From Octopus bimaculoides (lineage: Eukaryota), in NCBI RefSeq assembly GCF_001194135.2, contig NC_068981.1, forward strand, positions 76,758,049 through 76,822,048: a DNA stretch of 64,000 bases, in the 5' to 3' direction. Position 1 is the stretch's first letter, and every line of letters starts with the position of its first letter. This document shows, one piece after another, positions 38,539 to 51,076 of this stretch. The translations under genes and the position numbers were made by a program. Below the pieces are notes generated by a model, which was not told where the DNA came from, made no database searches, and worked only from the letters and a program-made list of their open reading frames with translations.

Positions 38539-39640
38539 TTATGTATTCATATTTAGTTGTGGAAGATATTTATTGATGAACGTTGCCTCTTTATTCATTC
38601 TTTGTTGTATTGAGGTGTTCTGTGAACATTGATAGAAGGGACAAATTAGGAAATTAGGATTAAGATTCCTCGCACAGTTTTCTGTGTCTACTGACCTGTA
38701 TCTGTCTGTATTGTGGGTGGCGGATTTGATCTTTGTGGAGAATGGTTCTTCGACGGAGTGATATTCCTGTTTTGCCAATATAATTATTACCATACCCTAA
38801 GCATGTTATGGCATAGATTAAATTTTCCGAGGCACAGGTGAAATTTGATTTAATCTTAAATATTTCACCTTGTCTAAAGTGGAACTCTGAACACTCCAAA
38901 AGGTGGGGGCAAGTACCACAGTTAGGTCGACCACACTTTTTCACTTTTGGTTCTGTTGTTAATGGATGTAGTTTTGCGCTGGTTAATATTTTTTTTAATG
39001 ATTTAGGTTGCATTTTGCTTTTGATAATTTTGTGTGAGCCTAAAATTTTGTTCATTGTTTTATCTCTTGTGAGGATGGGTGGATTTTGGATGATAATGTT
39101 AAAGGCTTCGTTGTTTCTACGGTTATGTGTGGAGATGTATGGGAGTATTTTTAAGTCTGGTTTAGTATTTTGGTTGACTTCCCTTAATGTTAGTTTATCT
39201 ATTTCCTTAGCTCGTTTAATTCCATTATTTATTAATGATATTGGGTAATATCTTTTGATTAGTATTGATTTGAGTTCAAGGAGTCTTCGTTCACGAGTAT
39301 AGGTGCCCGAAATTATGGTACAGATTCTTTTCGCTAGATTATAAGGTATATTAATTTTTATGTGTTTAGGGTGGCATGACTTAAATAATAGGTATCGTTT
39401 AGAATCTGTGGGTTTATAGAAGATGTCTGTTTCGATGTGGTTATTGACTATTTTAATTTGGATATCAGGAAAAGGGAGTTGTTTACTGTTGTGTTTCATG
39501 GTGAATTGTATGTTGCTATTAATATTGTTAAGCATTATTTTGAAATATGTCCATGCTGTCTTTCCAAAGTATAAAGCAATCGTCCAAATACCTCTTCCAG
39601 TTCTCCTTTAAATAGCAATGAAAAGAGGTGCCATATTTTT
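38539..39640 (-). pseudogene. Penelope-like retroelement, 5'-truncated: RT C-terminus, thumb, Cys-rich linker and GIY-YIG endonuclease (frameshifted)
   Basis: WKRYLDDCFILW at 39541-39599; ORF 38660-39535 contains LPFPDIQI, DIFYKPTDSKRYL, SCHPKHIK.NIPY, KCGRPNCGTC and NLIYAITC...YIGKTG; the C-terminus continues in another frame to 38539. Confidence 0.92.
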
Positions 39641-41689
39641 GTAGTGATGATTGATAAATTTTTAGCTCTAATGAATCTACGCAGACACAACTTTATAATT
39701 GAATTATACCAATTCTTATATGGTATCCAACTGACGTACCAGTGAATTCGATGTTTAACACACCACTTTGGAAGATTTGTTTTCCTCAGTTTGTTACTTT
39801 ATATATACACACATATATACACATACATNNNNNNNNNNNNNNNNNNNNNNNNNNNNNNNNNNNNNNNNNNNNNNNNNNNNNNNNNNNNNNNNNNNNNNNN
39901 NNNNNNNNNNNNNNNNNNNNNNNNNNNNNNNNNNNNNNNNNNNNNNNNNNNNNNNNNNNNNNNNNNNNNNNNNNNNNNNNNNNNNNNNNNNNNNNNNNNN
40001 NNNNNNNNNNNNNNNNNNNNNNNNNNNNNNNNNNNNNNNNNNNNNNNNNNNNNNNNNNNNNNNNNNATATACATGTATATGCACACATGTGCACATATGT
40101 ATAGACATAATACATACATGTATATACATATATTTACATACAAACACGCGTTTACAAGAAAGACAAACTTTCAAATATATTCTTGTAGATACGCGCACAT
40201 TCTGGTATATACTTAGACACACCTGTGTAGGTGTGCATGGACACGTTAACTTATATGAATAGATTTTAATCGTTTGAGAAATGTTCCAGTATGATCAGTG
40301 GACACCCTACGCATACGTGGGTAGTAGTTAAATAATCTCAGAAAAATGCAGCATGACACTTTATGAAGTAGTTGGACCGTTTAAATACAGATACAATGTA
40401 CTCAGCACGATGCCCAAATTTTCTCACACGGTCTGTGTCAGCATACTGCAATGATAAAAGTCATATGTTTAAGTTATCACATACCCAGAATATCATGACT
40501 GCACAGTAATGTTTTTGTTTAGTTGGTTATGCCTGTGTCTAAGCTTTCATGTACATTTATATATTTATGAATATATGCACACCTTTCTCACACCTAGTCT
40601 TGCACACATATTTACATACAAACATATCCGCATATACACGTTTATGTGTATGTGTGCATGTGTGCACACAAGCATATACATACAAGTACGTGTGTCGATA
40701 CATTTATGCATGCCTTGGAGATTTGTAGCAAACTCAATGGCTGCAAAGAAGATCTCTTTTAGTTTAATATTCCTCTCATTAAGAGTAATACTGTCTTTGC
40801 ACGCAACGGTTGTTCGTAATTCAATGTTCATATATAAGTTGTAAGCAGCGATATAGTGGATATTTGTAATTGCTATGTGATGCGTTTTGCAACCAGGTTT
40901 CTAGGATGTTGATATATAAAGTTTGAGAAGTGTTGCGTATATTCACAAGGACTGGTGAGAAGACATGATTGTGATGTTGTCAGCGTATTTGATTTTGTGG
41001 ATGCTTTGGGAGTTGTGTGGTTGAAGAGACCTATGATCTGAAAAAATTAAAATTTCTGACGCAAATAAAGGCTGTTGATAGGACGGATGAATCGTTCTAA
41101 AATATTACTGGGAATATATGATAGTGATGTCTATGCGTAATGCTACATCGAATGGATTTTTAATGCAACCTCACTAATATCAAGCAAAGGTTTTTTTTCT
41201 GCTTGCATTTCAATACCAATTATTATTTTTTTTAAGAATCTCCAAGCTGACTGATAGTTCTACTATTTTCCTCAGTTTATCTCTTCTATCAGCTAGTCGT
41301 ATCGACAACTATTAATGTGCTTCAGTGTCCCTAACGAAATAAGATCATACGACAAAATCTGTCTATAAGAGATTTAAAAAAATACATACATAATCTCCAG
41401 TCATCTGATGACTGCTCAACAAGAAACTAAATACGAAACAAGTAAGCAGTAAAACAAAAATAAAAAAAAGAAAGCTATATCAAGTTTTATGTTGTCAATT
41501 CTGTAGATAACATTGATTTCTAAATTTGTCGGGAAGGATTAAAGTCAACTCCATTACTTGATTGGTACTTATTTTATCGGCCACAGGGAGAGGAAATTCT
41601 AAGTCATATCCCCGAGGGATTTGATTGCAGACGTAAATGAAAGTAATTAAAGAGTACTATAATTTGCAACATTTGTGTGGTGGTTAAGA

Positions 41690-41950
41690 ACTGACTGGTT
41701 GAGGAGTTCGCTTCGGGGTCTGAGATCCCGAGTTAATTGCCGATACAGAACACCTTGAGCAAATGTCTTTTAGGACTACTTCGAAGCTAAGTTTTATGGA
41801 CGAATCTGAATAGAAGTGAAGTTTAGCAACCTGTCGGATAGAGAGTGGTTGTAAGTCAACGAGTCAGACTTCATACACAGTGTTCACCTGCCCTTATTCA
41901 GAAGTTACATTCAGAGAACACATCTGTGAATACTCATTCATTTAACTGAC
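41690..41950 (+). mobile_element. Degraded tRNA-derived SINE, different family
   Basis: tggttgaggagttcgct...gagttaattgccg...caccttgagcaaatgtcttt head resembles the other SINE heads; the body is distinct. Confidence 0.45.
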
Positions 41951-42180
41951 ATAAAATGACTATATGTTTCCTTTGGTCGAATAATTGAAATACTCGTTTT
42001 TGAAATAGATGTTGAGATTCACTCATTCATTAACTTTCTACCACCGTTTTGCTTTGGCGTCTGTTGATAAAATCTGTATTCTATATACGTATTGAAGAAC
42101 ATTTCTTTAGACAGAACTTAAATCTCAGATATGTGTGAATATTAACGAGTGGGTGTCATCTCTTCAGAGAGAAGCAAAAC

Positions 42181-42255
<75 letters not shown>

Positions 42256-42312
42256 TAAAGCGAGAGGTGGAAAAATAGGAAGAATGAGAGCGGGAGAAAG
42301 AGAGAGAAAGAG

Positions 42313-42345
<33 letters not shown>

Positions 42346-42538
42346 GAGAGGTGAGAAAGAGAGAGAGGTGAGAAAGAGAGAAAGAGAGAGAGAAGGGTTA
42401 AACTTCCAGACTAAGTAAGGAAATGAAATTAATAGCGTAGGGCAATATAGTCTTTATAAGCCATTCGACAAAAGATCTACTCATCAAAAATTCATCAGCT
42501 AAGATAAGACGTGAGGTAGCAACGGAAAGACAGAGCTT

Positions 42539-42621
<83 letters not shown>

Positions 42622-42921
42622 GATTGTTTGTTTGAAGGGATGGATCGATGGTGGGAAGGAGGGACAGCTAGATAGCTACATAGAGAGATAAGAGAAAAAG
42701 TAGAGGAAAGAGATTCAGAAGGGGGAGAGGAAAATGCATTGCGATAGATTTAGAGATAGAGACAGACATCTTAACATTACGTCGTCATGCAAATATAAAA
42801 CTAATTAACTGTTGTCGATTTTAATACAACCGAGTCTTATGCTGACTTATGATACGAATAATTCATTACTAAATTAAGAAACACACATCATATATACATA
42901 TATATACATAGATACATATAA

Positions 42922-42957
<36 letters not shown>

Positions 42958-43384
42958 NNNNNNNNNNNNNNNNNNNNNNNNNNNNNNNNNNNNNNNNNNN
43001 NNNNNNNNNNNNNNNNNNNNNNNNNNNNNNNNNNNNNNNNNNNNNNNNNNNNNNNNNNNNNNNNNNNNNNNNNNNNNNNNNNNNNNNNNNNNNNNNNNNN
43101 NNNNNNNNNNNNNNNNNNNNNNNNNNNNNNNNNNNNNNNNNNNNNNNNNNNNNNNNNNNNNNNNNNNNNNNNNNNNNNNNNNNNNNNNNNNNNNNNNNNN
43201 NNNNNNNNNNNNNNNNNNNNNNNNNNNNNNNNNNNNNNNNNNNNNNNNNNNNNNNNNNNNNNNNNNNNNNNNNNNNNNNNNNNNNTATATATATACGTGC
43301 GTGCTTGTGTATGTATATGTAAATTTATATATTTGTATACACACATATATGTATACACGTATGTATGATGTATGTATATATGTA

Positions 43385-44000
43385 TGTATATTTGTTCAGT
43401 TTTATTTCAAGATGTCTTGCCCATAGAGAAAGAGCCGGTTTCTAACCTAGATTTAAGATTCCTTCATTGGAATTTCAACATCAACATCAAGGTCATTTTT
43501 TGTATGTATGTATGAATTTATAAGTGCAGATTTATACGTTTTGCTTTATGTATGTATTCTCTTGTATATAGTTGCATGAATAGACATGCTCATATATATT
43601 TAAATGATAAACGTCTGGGCTGAACCTGTAGTCTTCGAATTAGCTCTCACCTTTCTGGTTTTGAGAAGTCTAATTTCTCAAGATTGGCATTTAGGCAGTG
43701 TGTTACATATCCAACCTATGAATGTCTGTCTATCTGTATGTATGTATGCATGTATGTTTCTATGTATGTATGTATGTATGTATGTATATTATTATTCATT
43801 TTATTTCAAGATTTCTTGCCAATAGAGAAATAACTAGATTCTCACCTAGTTCCAAATCTCCTTAATCGGAATTTCAACATCAACAACAGGGTATGTATGT
43901 ATGTATGTATGTATGTATGTATGTATGTATGTATGTATGTATATGCGTATGTATGTGCAGATGTGTATGTCTTATGTAGTTGCATATCTAGACATGCTCA
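43385..44000 (-). mobile_element. Two tandem copies of family C with (TATG)n (43385-43595 and 43795-44000)
   Basis: Both contain ttttatttcaagat.tcttgcc.atagagaaa...ggaatttcaacatcaaca and gtagttgcat...tagacatgctcat. Confidence 0.75.
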
Positions 44001-44290
44001 TCTTACATATTAAAACTGAAAATGTCTTTGTGTATGTGTGTGTGTGGCAGTATGTCCTCATTTTGAGCCAAAACGATTCGACTGATTTTTCTTAAGCTTC
44101 ACACGCACATTGCTTATGTGTCTGGGGAGGTTTTAAGTATAAAATGATTTCGAAAGAATGTTCGGGTAAACGGCGGGAGGAATAACATTTGGGCGTGGTT
44201 GAACGGCGGGCGTAATTATTGTTAAGCTTCCAATGGAAATAACCCATTCCCTCCTTCGTAAAGTATTTGGTAAAAATGAAATTGAGTATA
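44001..44290 (+). mobile_element. Possible non-autonomous Helitron-type 5' portion
   Basis: Starts A|TC (tcttacatattaaaactgaaaatgtc), followed by a TG microsatellite and aacgattcgactgattttt...aagcttcacac, an organisation recalled from Lep1/HINE-like elements. Confidence 0.35.
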
Positions 44291-45216
44291 CTTATTTCTT
44301 AGTATTTGAACTATTTTAGTTATTTTCTCAATTTATCCAGTACAAGTCTTAAACAAGTTAATGGTATTCTCCTAAACAATAGATCCACTTATTTCGGTTA
44401 GTGACTTATTCATGAATATATGAACACTAGCGCTGCTGAGGGTAATATTCTTTGGGAACGGATAGAAGCTTTTTTCACAGTTAATTACTCCTTTGAATTT
44501 TCATCTCATATCTAATTAGCCTGTTAGTACATAACATGTTTCACGATATTAGTATACATACCTTATTAGTATTTCCTCCTATGTTCTATATACTCTGGGA
44601 ACATATTAAAGTCCTTTTCGGGGCTACTTTATTTGAATTCTTACTATAGGGTAATTAAATTCATGTTATTACATAACTGACTTCACAGTTTGGGTATTCA
44701 TAACTTACTGGGAATTCCTAAAAACAAGATCCATTGTAAGACAGTTCGGTATTCCCAATACATACACAAAAACCGTTTTAAGGGCTACATACTTTGTATT
44801 GTTCTTACTGGTTTAGCGAAACAATTATAAGAATGGAACCAAGGGATAAGCCCGCTTTCCCGGGAATTACCGGACATATCACCTGGTATATATATATATA
44901 TATATNNNNNNNNNNNNNNNNNNNNNNNNNNNNNNNNNNNNNNNNNNNNNNNNNNNNNNNNNNNNNNNNNNNNNNNNNNNNNNNNNNNNNNNNNNNNNNN
45001 NNNNNNNNNNNNNNNNNNNNNNNNNNNNNNNNNNNNNNNNNNNNNNNNNNNNNNNNNNNNNNNNNNNNNNNNNNNNNNNNNNNNNNNNNNNNNNNNNNNN
45101 NNNNNNNNNNNNNNNNNNNNNNNNNNNNNNNNNNNNNNNNNNNNNNNNNNNNNNNNNNNNNNNNNNNNNNNNNNNNNNNNNNNNNNNNNNNNNNNNNNNN
45201 NNNNNNNNNNNNNNNN

Positions 45217-45262
<46 letters not shown>

Positions 45263-45264
45263 AC

Positions 45265-45644
45265 GCTTTTGGTGCGAATGGTTTTGTTAAACGACGCTGT
45301 ATTTTACAATGCTGTAAATAATAATAATGTTATTTTTATATAAGCTTAAGGTTTGTGGCGTTCACCGTGCAATGACTAAAGAAAATAGTCTAATAACGAG
45401 GTATATTAACCCTCGAGAGTAAAAAGAAGGCTTTCCCATCCGCGTGTAAAGATAACACACGCAGTCATGGTAACAAAGGAATGAGAAAGCCTTCGAGGGC
45501 TAATATGCCCTGTTATTAGACTAGTTTCCTTATTCATTGCACGGTGAACGGCATAAGCATTAAGCTAATATAAAAATACCCTAATTATTATTTACAGGAT
45601 TGTAAAATACGGCACTGTATAATAAGGCCGTTCGCACCGAAAGC
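45265..45644. mobile_element. Foldback/MITE-like element flanked by (TA)n
   Basis: 45265-45417 is an imperfect inverted repeat of about 45495-45644 (gcttt.ggtgcgaa.gg ... tattttacaat.ctgtaaataata ... gttcaccgtgcaatga ... tagtctaataac ... ccctcga). Confidence 0.8.
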
Positions 45645-45694
<50 letters not shown>

Positions 45695-46641
45695 NNNNNN
45701 NNNNNNNNNNNNNNNNNNNNNNNNNNNNNNNNNNNNNNNNNNNNNNNNNNNNNNNNNNNNNNNNNNNNNNNNNNNNNNNNNNNNNNNNNNNNNNNNNNNN
45801 NNNNNNNNNNNNNNNNNNNNNNNNNNNNNNNNNNNNNNNNNNNNNNNNNNNNNNNNNNNNNNNNNNNNNNNNNNNNNNNNNNNNNNNNNNNNNNNNNNNN
45901 NNNNNNNNNNNNNNNNNNNNNNNNNNNNNNNNNNNNNNNNNNNNNNNNNNNNNNNNNNNNNNNNNNNNNNNNNNNNNNNNNNNNNNNNNNNNNNNNNNNN
46001 NNNNNNNNNNNNNNNNNNNNNNNNNNNNNNNNNNNNNNNNNNNNNNNNNNNNNNNNNNNNNNNNNNNNNNNNNNNNNNNNNNNNNNNNNNNNNNNNNNNN
46101 NNNNNNNNNNNNNNNNNNNNNNNNNNNNNNNNNNNNNNNNNNNNNNNNNNNNNNNNNNNNNNNNNNNNNNNNNNNNNNNNNNNNNNNNNNNNNNNNNNNN
46201 NNNNNNNNNNNNNNNNNNNNNNNNNNNNNNNNNNNNNNNNNNNNNNNNNNNNNNNNNNNNNNNNNNNNNNNNNNNNNNNNNNNNNNNNNNNNNNNNNNNN
46301 NNNNNNNNNNNNNNNNNNNNNNNNNNNNNNNNNNNNNNNNNNNNNNNNNNNNNNNNNNNNNNNNNNNNNNNNNNNNNNNNNNNNNNNNNNNNNNNNNNNN
46401 NNNNNNNNNNNNNNNNNNNNNNNNNNNNNNNNNNNNNNNNNNNNNNNNNNNNNNNNNNNNNNNNNNNNNNNNNNNNNNNNNNNNNNNNNNNNNNNNNNNN
46501 NNNNNNNNNNNNNNNNNNNNNNNNNNNNNNNNNNNNNNNNNNNNNNNNNNNNNNNNNNNNNNNNNNNNNNNNNNNNNNNNNNNNNNNNNNNNNNNNNNNN
46601 NNNNNNNNNNNNNNNNNNNNNNNNNATATATATATGCTTAT

Positions 46642-46958
46642 TATAGCCTCAGGCCGACCAAAACCTTGTCAGTGAATTTCGTACTCGGAAACTGAAAGAA
46701 GTTTGTCGTATATATGTGTATATTTGTGTATGTGTGTGTGTATGTCTTGTGTGCGTGTTCTTGAGTTTTTACCCCTACCATTGCTTGACAACTGATGTTG
46801 CTGTGTTTACATTCCTGTTACTTAGTGGTTTGGTAAAAGACAAATACAGAATGTGTACTAGGCTTAGAAACAATAAATCCTGTGGTTGATGTCTTCGATC
46901 AACGGCGGCGCTCAAGCATGGCAACAGTCACATAACTGAAGTATATAAAGCAATAAAA
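46642..46958 (+). mobile_element. SINE family 1, 5' end lost in gap
   Basis: tatagcctcaggccgaccaaaacc...cattgcttgacaactgatg...gcatggcaacagtcacataactgaa. Confidence 0.8.
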
Positions 46959-47044
46959 ATCTATACCATTTTAATCCCGAGCAAAGCCGGATATTTCAGC
47001 TGGTATATATTTAAATGATAAACTTCAGGAAGGTTTGACAGACT

Positions 47045-47435
47045 TTTACATTTTCAGTGATGGGTTGGATCTGTTTTTGAGATGCCTAATTTCTCAAGAT
47101 TGCTATTTAGGGACACAATAATTACAGGCATAAACCGGAACTTGTAATCTGGATAGAGTAACTGCAGATTTCTCAATAGTTCAGCATAGCTGTTCTCTTT
47201 TCCTCTGATCTTTAGCTTTATATTAACATCTGCTGGGCAGCTAATTCCAACAATTGTGCATAATTTCTCTTCTCTATCCCAAATCATTATATCAGGTCTG
47301 TTGTGCTTACATTTTATTGAGGTCTCGCTGGTACATTCCATCAGTATTTCTTTTTTTATTATGAGTGTTAATGACTTCTACCATATTGTGGATTCTTATT
47401 TCTCCTCAGGATTATCATTCCGACGGATTTCATTA
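47045..47435 (-). pseudogene. Restriction-like endonuclease (RLE) domain remnant of an R4/NeSL-type non-LTR retrotransposon
   Basis: SIKCKHNRPDIMIWDREEKLCTIVGISCPADVNI...KENSYAELLRNL...YKFRFMPVII carries the RPD-x-(D/E) RLE signature. Confidence 0.8.
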
Positions 47436-48258
47436 TAGAGTCACGAGATCGTTGGTTCAATTCTCGAACCGTCACTCGGGCTCATCACAGATTTTGCATA
47501 AGACACATGCCAGCTCGAAGAATTTCACGTTTTTCTGCAATATTTCTAGTCCTAAAAGGTATATTTCTTAAATCCAGCACTATGTCATTCACCATTTCTA
47601 AGTTAAGGGTAAAAATAAAGCAGCTCTGCAAAACACAATTGATCTTTACACACAGGCGTACAGAATAAAAGCAATCAAATAACGACAGTGGAGTGCACAA
47701 CAAACATCAGCGATCTGACTGTCACTTGTACATCTTGACAAGGGATACCAGTTAGTCTTTTACACCTACCAGGCTCGTTCGTATTAGCGCGAGTTGCTGG
47801 ATAATTTTTCGTTCTTTTGAGAATATTGTAGATCGGAAACTTTTCATAGATTGGAATTTAAATCCTAATCTCTATAGAAATTTATTGGTTCAAGAAAACA
47901 TTGAATTTTAATTACTTTTAATATTTACGATTATAGATAACAACTCAGGCTGTGACTTCTAAGCCCGAGTCAGGCACGTGTGAACGATTTCGAGAGAACG
48001 TCCATTATGAATGATATTTTTTTTTACATAGGGCAACTCTAAGACGACCACCAGACGCTGAACGAAAATAAATGAACTGCAATCAGGCTCATTAAAAGGG
48101 GAAAATACATAATCGAAGTCAGTGTTGGCAGAAATTAAATCAGCTCGCAAAGACTCGTTTACTAAGCCCGAACAGCTCGAGTGCCGAAGTCACCACTGGT
48201 ATGTATGTATGTATGTATGTATGTATGTATGTATGTATGTATGTATGTATGTATGTAG

Positions 48259-48423
48259 TGGCACTCCGTCGGTTACGACGACAAGTGTTCCAGTCAAATC
48301 GATCAACAGAACAAACTACTCGTGAAATCAAGCGTCTTGCTCAAGGACACAACGAACCTCCAGATATCAAAATCCCGACATTGCATCCGGGATTTCTCGA
48401 CTGCTAAGTCACGTGCCTTCACC
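48259..48423 (-). mobile_element. Internally deleted SINE family 3 copy
   Basis: Has both the 3' end (tggcactccgtcggttacgacg) and the head (cacgtgccttcacc) of the 14499-14821 family. Confidence 0.8.
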
Positions 48424-48742
48424 ATATGTGTGTGTATGTGTGTAATGCTTGTATGCATGTACGTGCGTACGCATGTTATGCGTGTATGTATTCTTTTATT
48501 CTGTTATCCCTTTCACACATACAGCTACAGTCATGCTGGAGCACCACTGTGGAGATATATCTATGTATATCTTTATTTATAAACGCACGTACACACTGAT
48601 ATATGTATATATCAATTTATATATTTACCCATCTGTCTACATAAATAAGCACAGAATGTACATACACACACTCACACGCACTCACACGCACTCACACGCA
48701 CACTCACAGACACACAGACACACAGACACAGACACAGGCACA

Positions 48743-48778
<36 letters not shown>

Positions 48779-48837
48779 TACACACACACATACACACACA
48801 CACACANNNNNNNNNNACACACACACATACATACACA

Positions 48838-48884
<47 letters not shown>

Positions 48885-49914
48885 TGGTTAACTCTCGCTA
48901 GGCTTCTGCTGATCATCTTTCTCAATAACTCTTCCGGGATACGTCGTTTCGTCGTTTTAATATATATTGCTTCCACACCTTTTGAACTGTCGGTCGAATG
49001 AATAAATGACTTATGTGTCTAACATATAAAGTAAACTTTTCAAAATTAAATGAAAAAAATAATAAACGTGAACTTTTCAATTTTCTTAAGTTTCACTTTT
49101 AAGTTTTTGTTTATCTCAATGTCGTTTCTAAACACTGTAAACACGGAGTCATTTCAATTATATTTTCACTTCAGAAGGAAGACAAATAAGTTGTAATAGA
49201 TAGAGAAGGAGAAGAATGGTAGCAGAACTCTTAACAGGGAGTTGGGGAAGACAGGTCAGCAGAACGAAATAGAAATCTTCAGAGAAGCAAATTTCGGTGG
49301 AGCGAGATATAAAGTGCAGAAGTGAGAGAATACATCAATGCCATCTAGTAAAAGGAGACGTCGGTCTAACGACACAGAACCTATCAGTTGTAGAATACAA
49401 ACATCGCAGTAAAAATTACAAAACCGAAAAAAATAGTGGCTAATGCAAGGACACGTAAAACTTCAGATCAAACATCTCAAAAACCAAAGAAAAAAAAGTG
49501 GGGAGGAAATAAAGTATTAGACAAGGAAGTTAAAATTTCTGAGGAAGAAACACACACGAAAGAAACTGAAAGAAAGAGATTCATTAATGAATGCGAACGC
49601 ACTTCAATGAAGAAGAAAGAGTGCTATAGTGATTGCTTTAAGAGTAATCAGAGATGATAGGGAGACTGCTTTGATAAAATACAAAATTTGATGAATTTGC
49701 AGAGTCAAGGCTAGAAAGTAAGCTGCAAAGACAGATGCTGACTGTTCAAAATATGGTGCAACAAAAGAGATAACGAAAAGACTCGAAGCAGATCGAAAAA
49801 CGAATTCTAAATTCAATTTATATTCTGTTTATGTTTAACTGCCGATAAGAATCTTAGAATACGCGAACGGTACATATGTGCCATTAGTATGAATTCCAAG
49901 GGATATGGTACCTT

Positions 49915-50024
<110 letters not shown>

Positions 50025-50396
50025 TATACATATATGTATGTATGTATATATTCACACGCGTATCAGAGAAGTGTTTATATATGAGTATGCGTGTAAGACA
50101 CTGTAAGTGTTTGTATGTACGTGTTTGTGAATGTGTGTATGTGTGTGCATATGTATCTGCGTGCATCAGTTTATAATACACAATTATGTGTATATACTTA
50201 CTGATATGTTAAGCAAATACCCTGTTCCGAGAGGGTGTGTTTGTTTGTACGAAACTGCAAATAGAAACCTTAAATGATTTAGCTTTCCAAGTGTATAGAA
50301 TAGTCTAAGTAAAAGCTAATTTCAGGAACATACACTCTCCACGGAAGTGTGCTAAGAACTACCACTCCATACTCATTTGTGGGTGACATTTAAGCC

Positions 50397-50454
<58 letters not shown>

Positions 50455-50493
50455 ACCCGTTTAGTAATACTTGTCGAATGAAAGAGTACTCAC

Positions 50494-50627
50494 TCTCATG
50501 GCAAAGATTAATGGTATTATATTTTGCTCGAGTCAGCTTCCTAGAACTCTGAGTTTCATATGTAAACACACAGAATCTTGCTGGTCCTGTGTGCCTGCTG
50601 GTGAAACTCAGAGTAGCAAGAGGCTGA
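50494..50627 (-). other. Candidate 134-nt exon overlapping a long hairpin (50531-50629)
   Basis: Acceptor ataattttcttccag| and donor AGA|GTGAGT; one open frame (QPLATLSFTSRHTGPARFCVFTYETQSSRKLTRAKYNTINLCHE); peptide not recognised. Confidence 0.3.
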
Positions 50628-51045
50628 CTGGAAGAAAATTATATAAATGTGTGTGTGCGTGTGTTTGTATGTGTGTGTATGTGTGCTTGTATGTGCATGT
50701 ATGCTTACACATGATCTTCACATCACACACCTAAGCAGTTATTATTTTTGTTTGTAAGTCTTCAATAATAAAAAAAATTAACAAAGACAGGCAATTAGAT
50801 CTATGTCAACAATCTCTCTGCAAGTGACACTGAACGAAATACAAGAATCTCGAATTTATCATGAAAGCAAGCGGATACCTATGTATATATTAATGTATGT
50901 GTGTGTATATATTTAGCTACACACACACACGCACATGAAATTACATTATACACATATGTGAATGCTTGTGTGGGCTATATTGCATAAAAATAAACAATTC
51001 TTTTGTATATGTGTGTACACATATATATCAATATACATACATACA

Positions 51046-51076
<31 letters not shown>

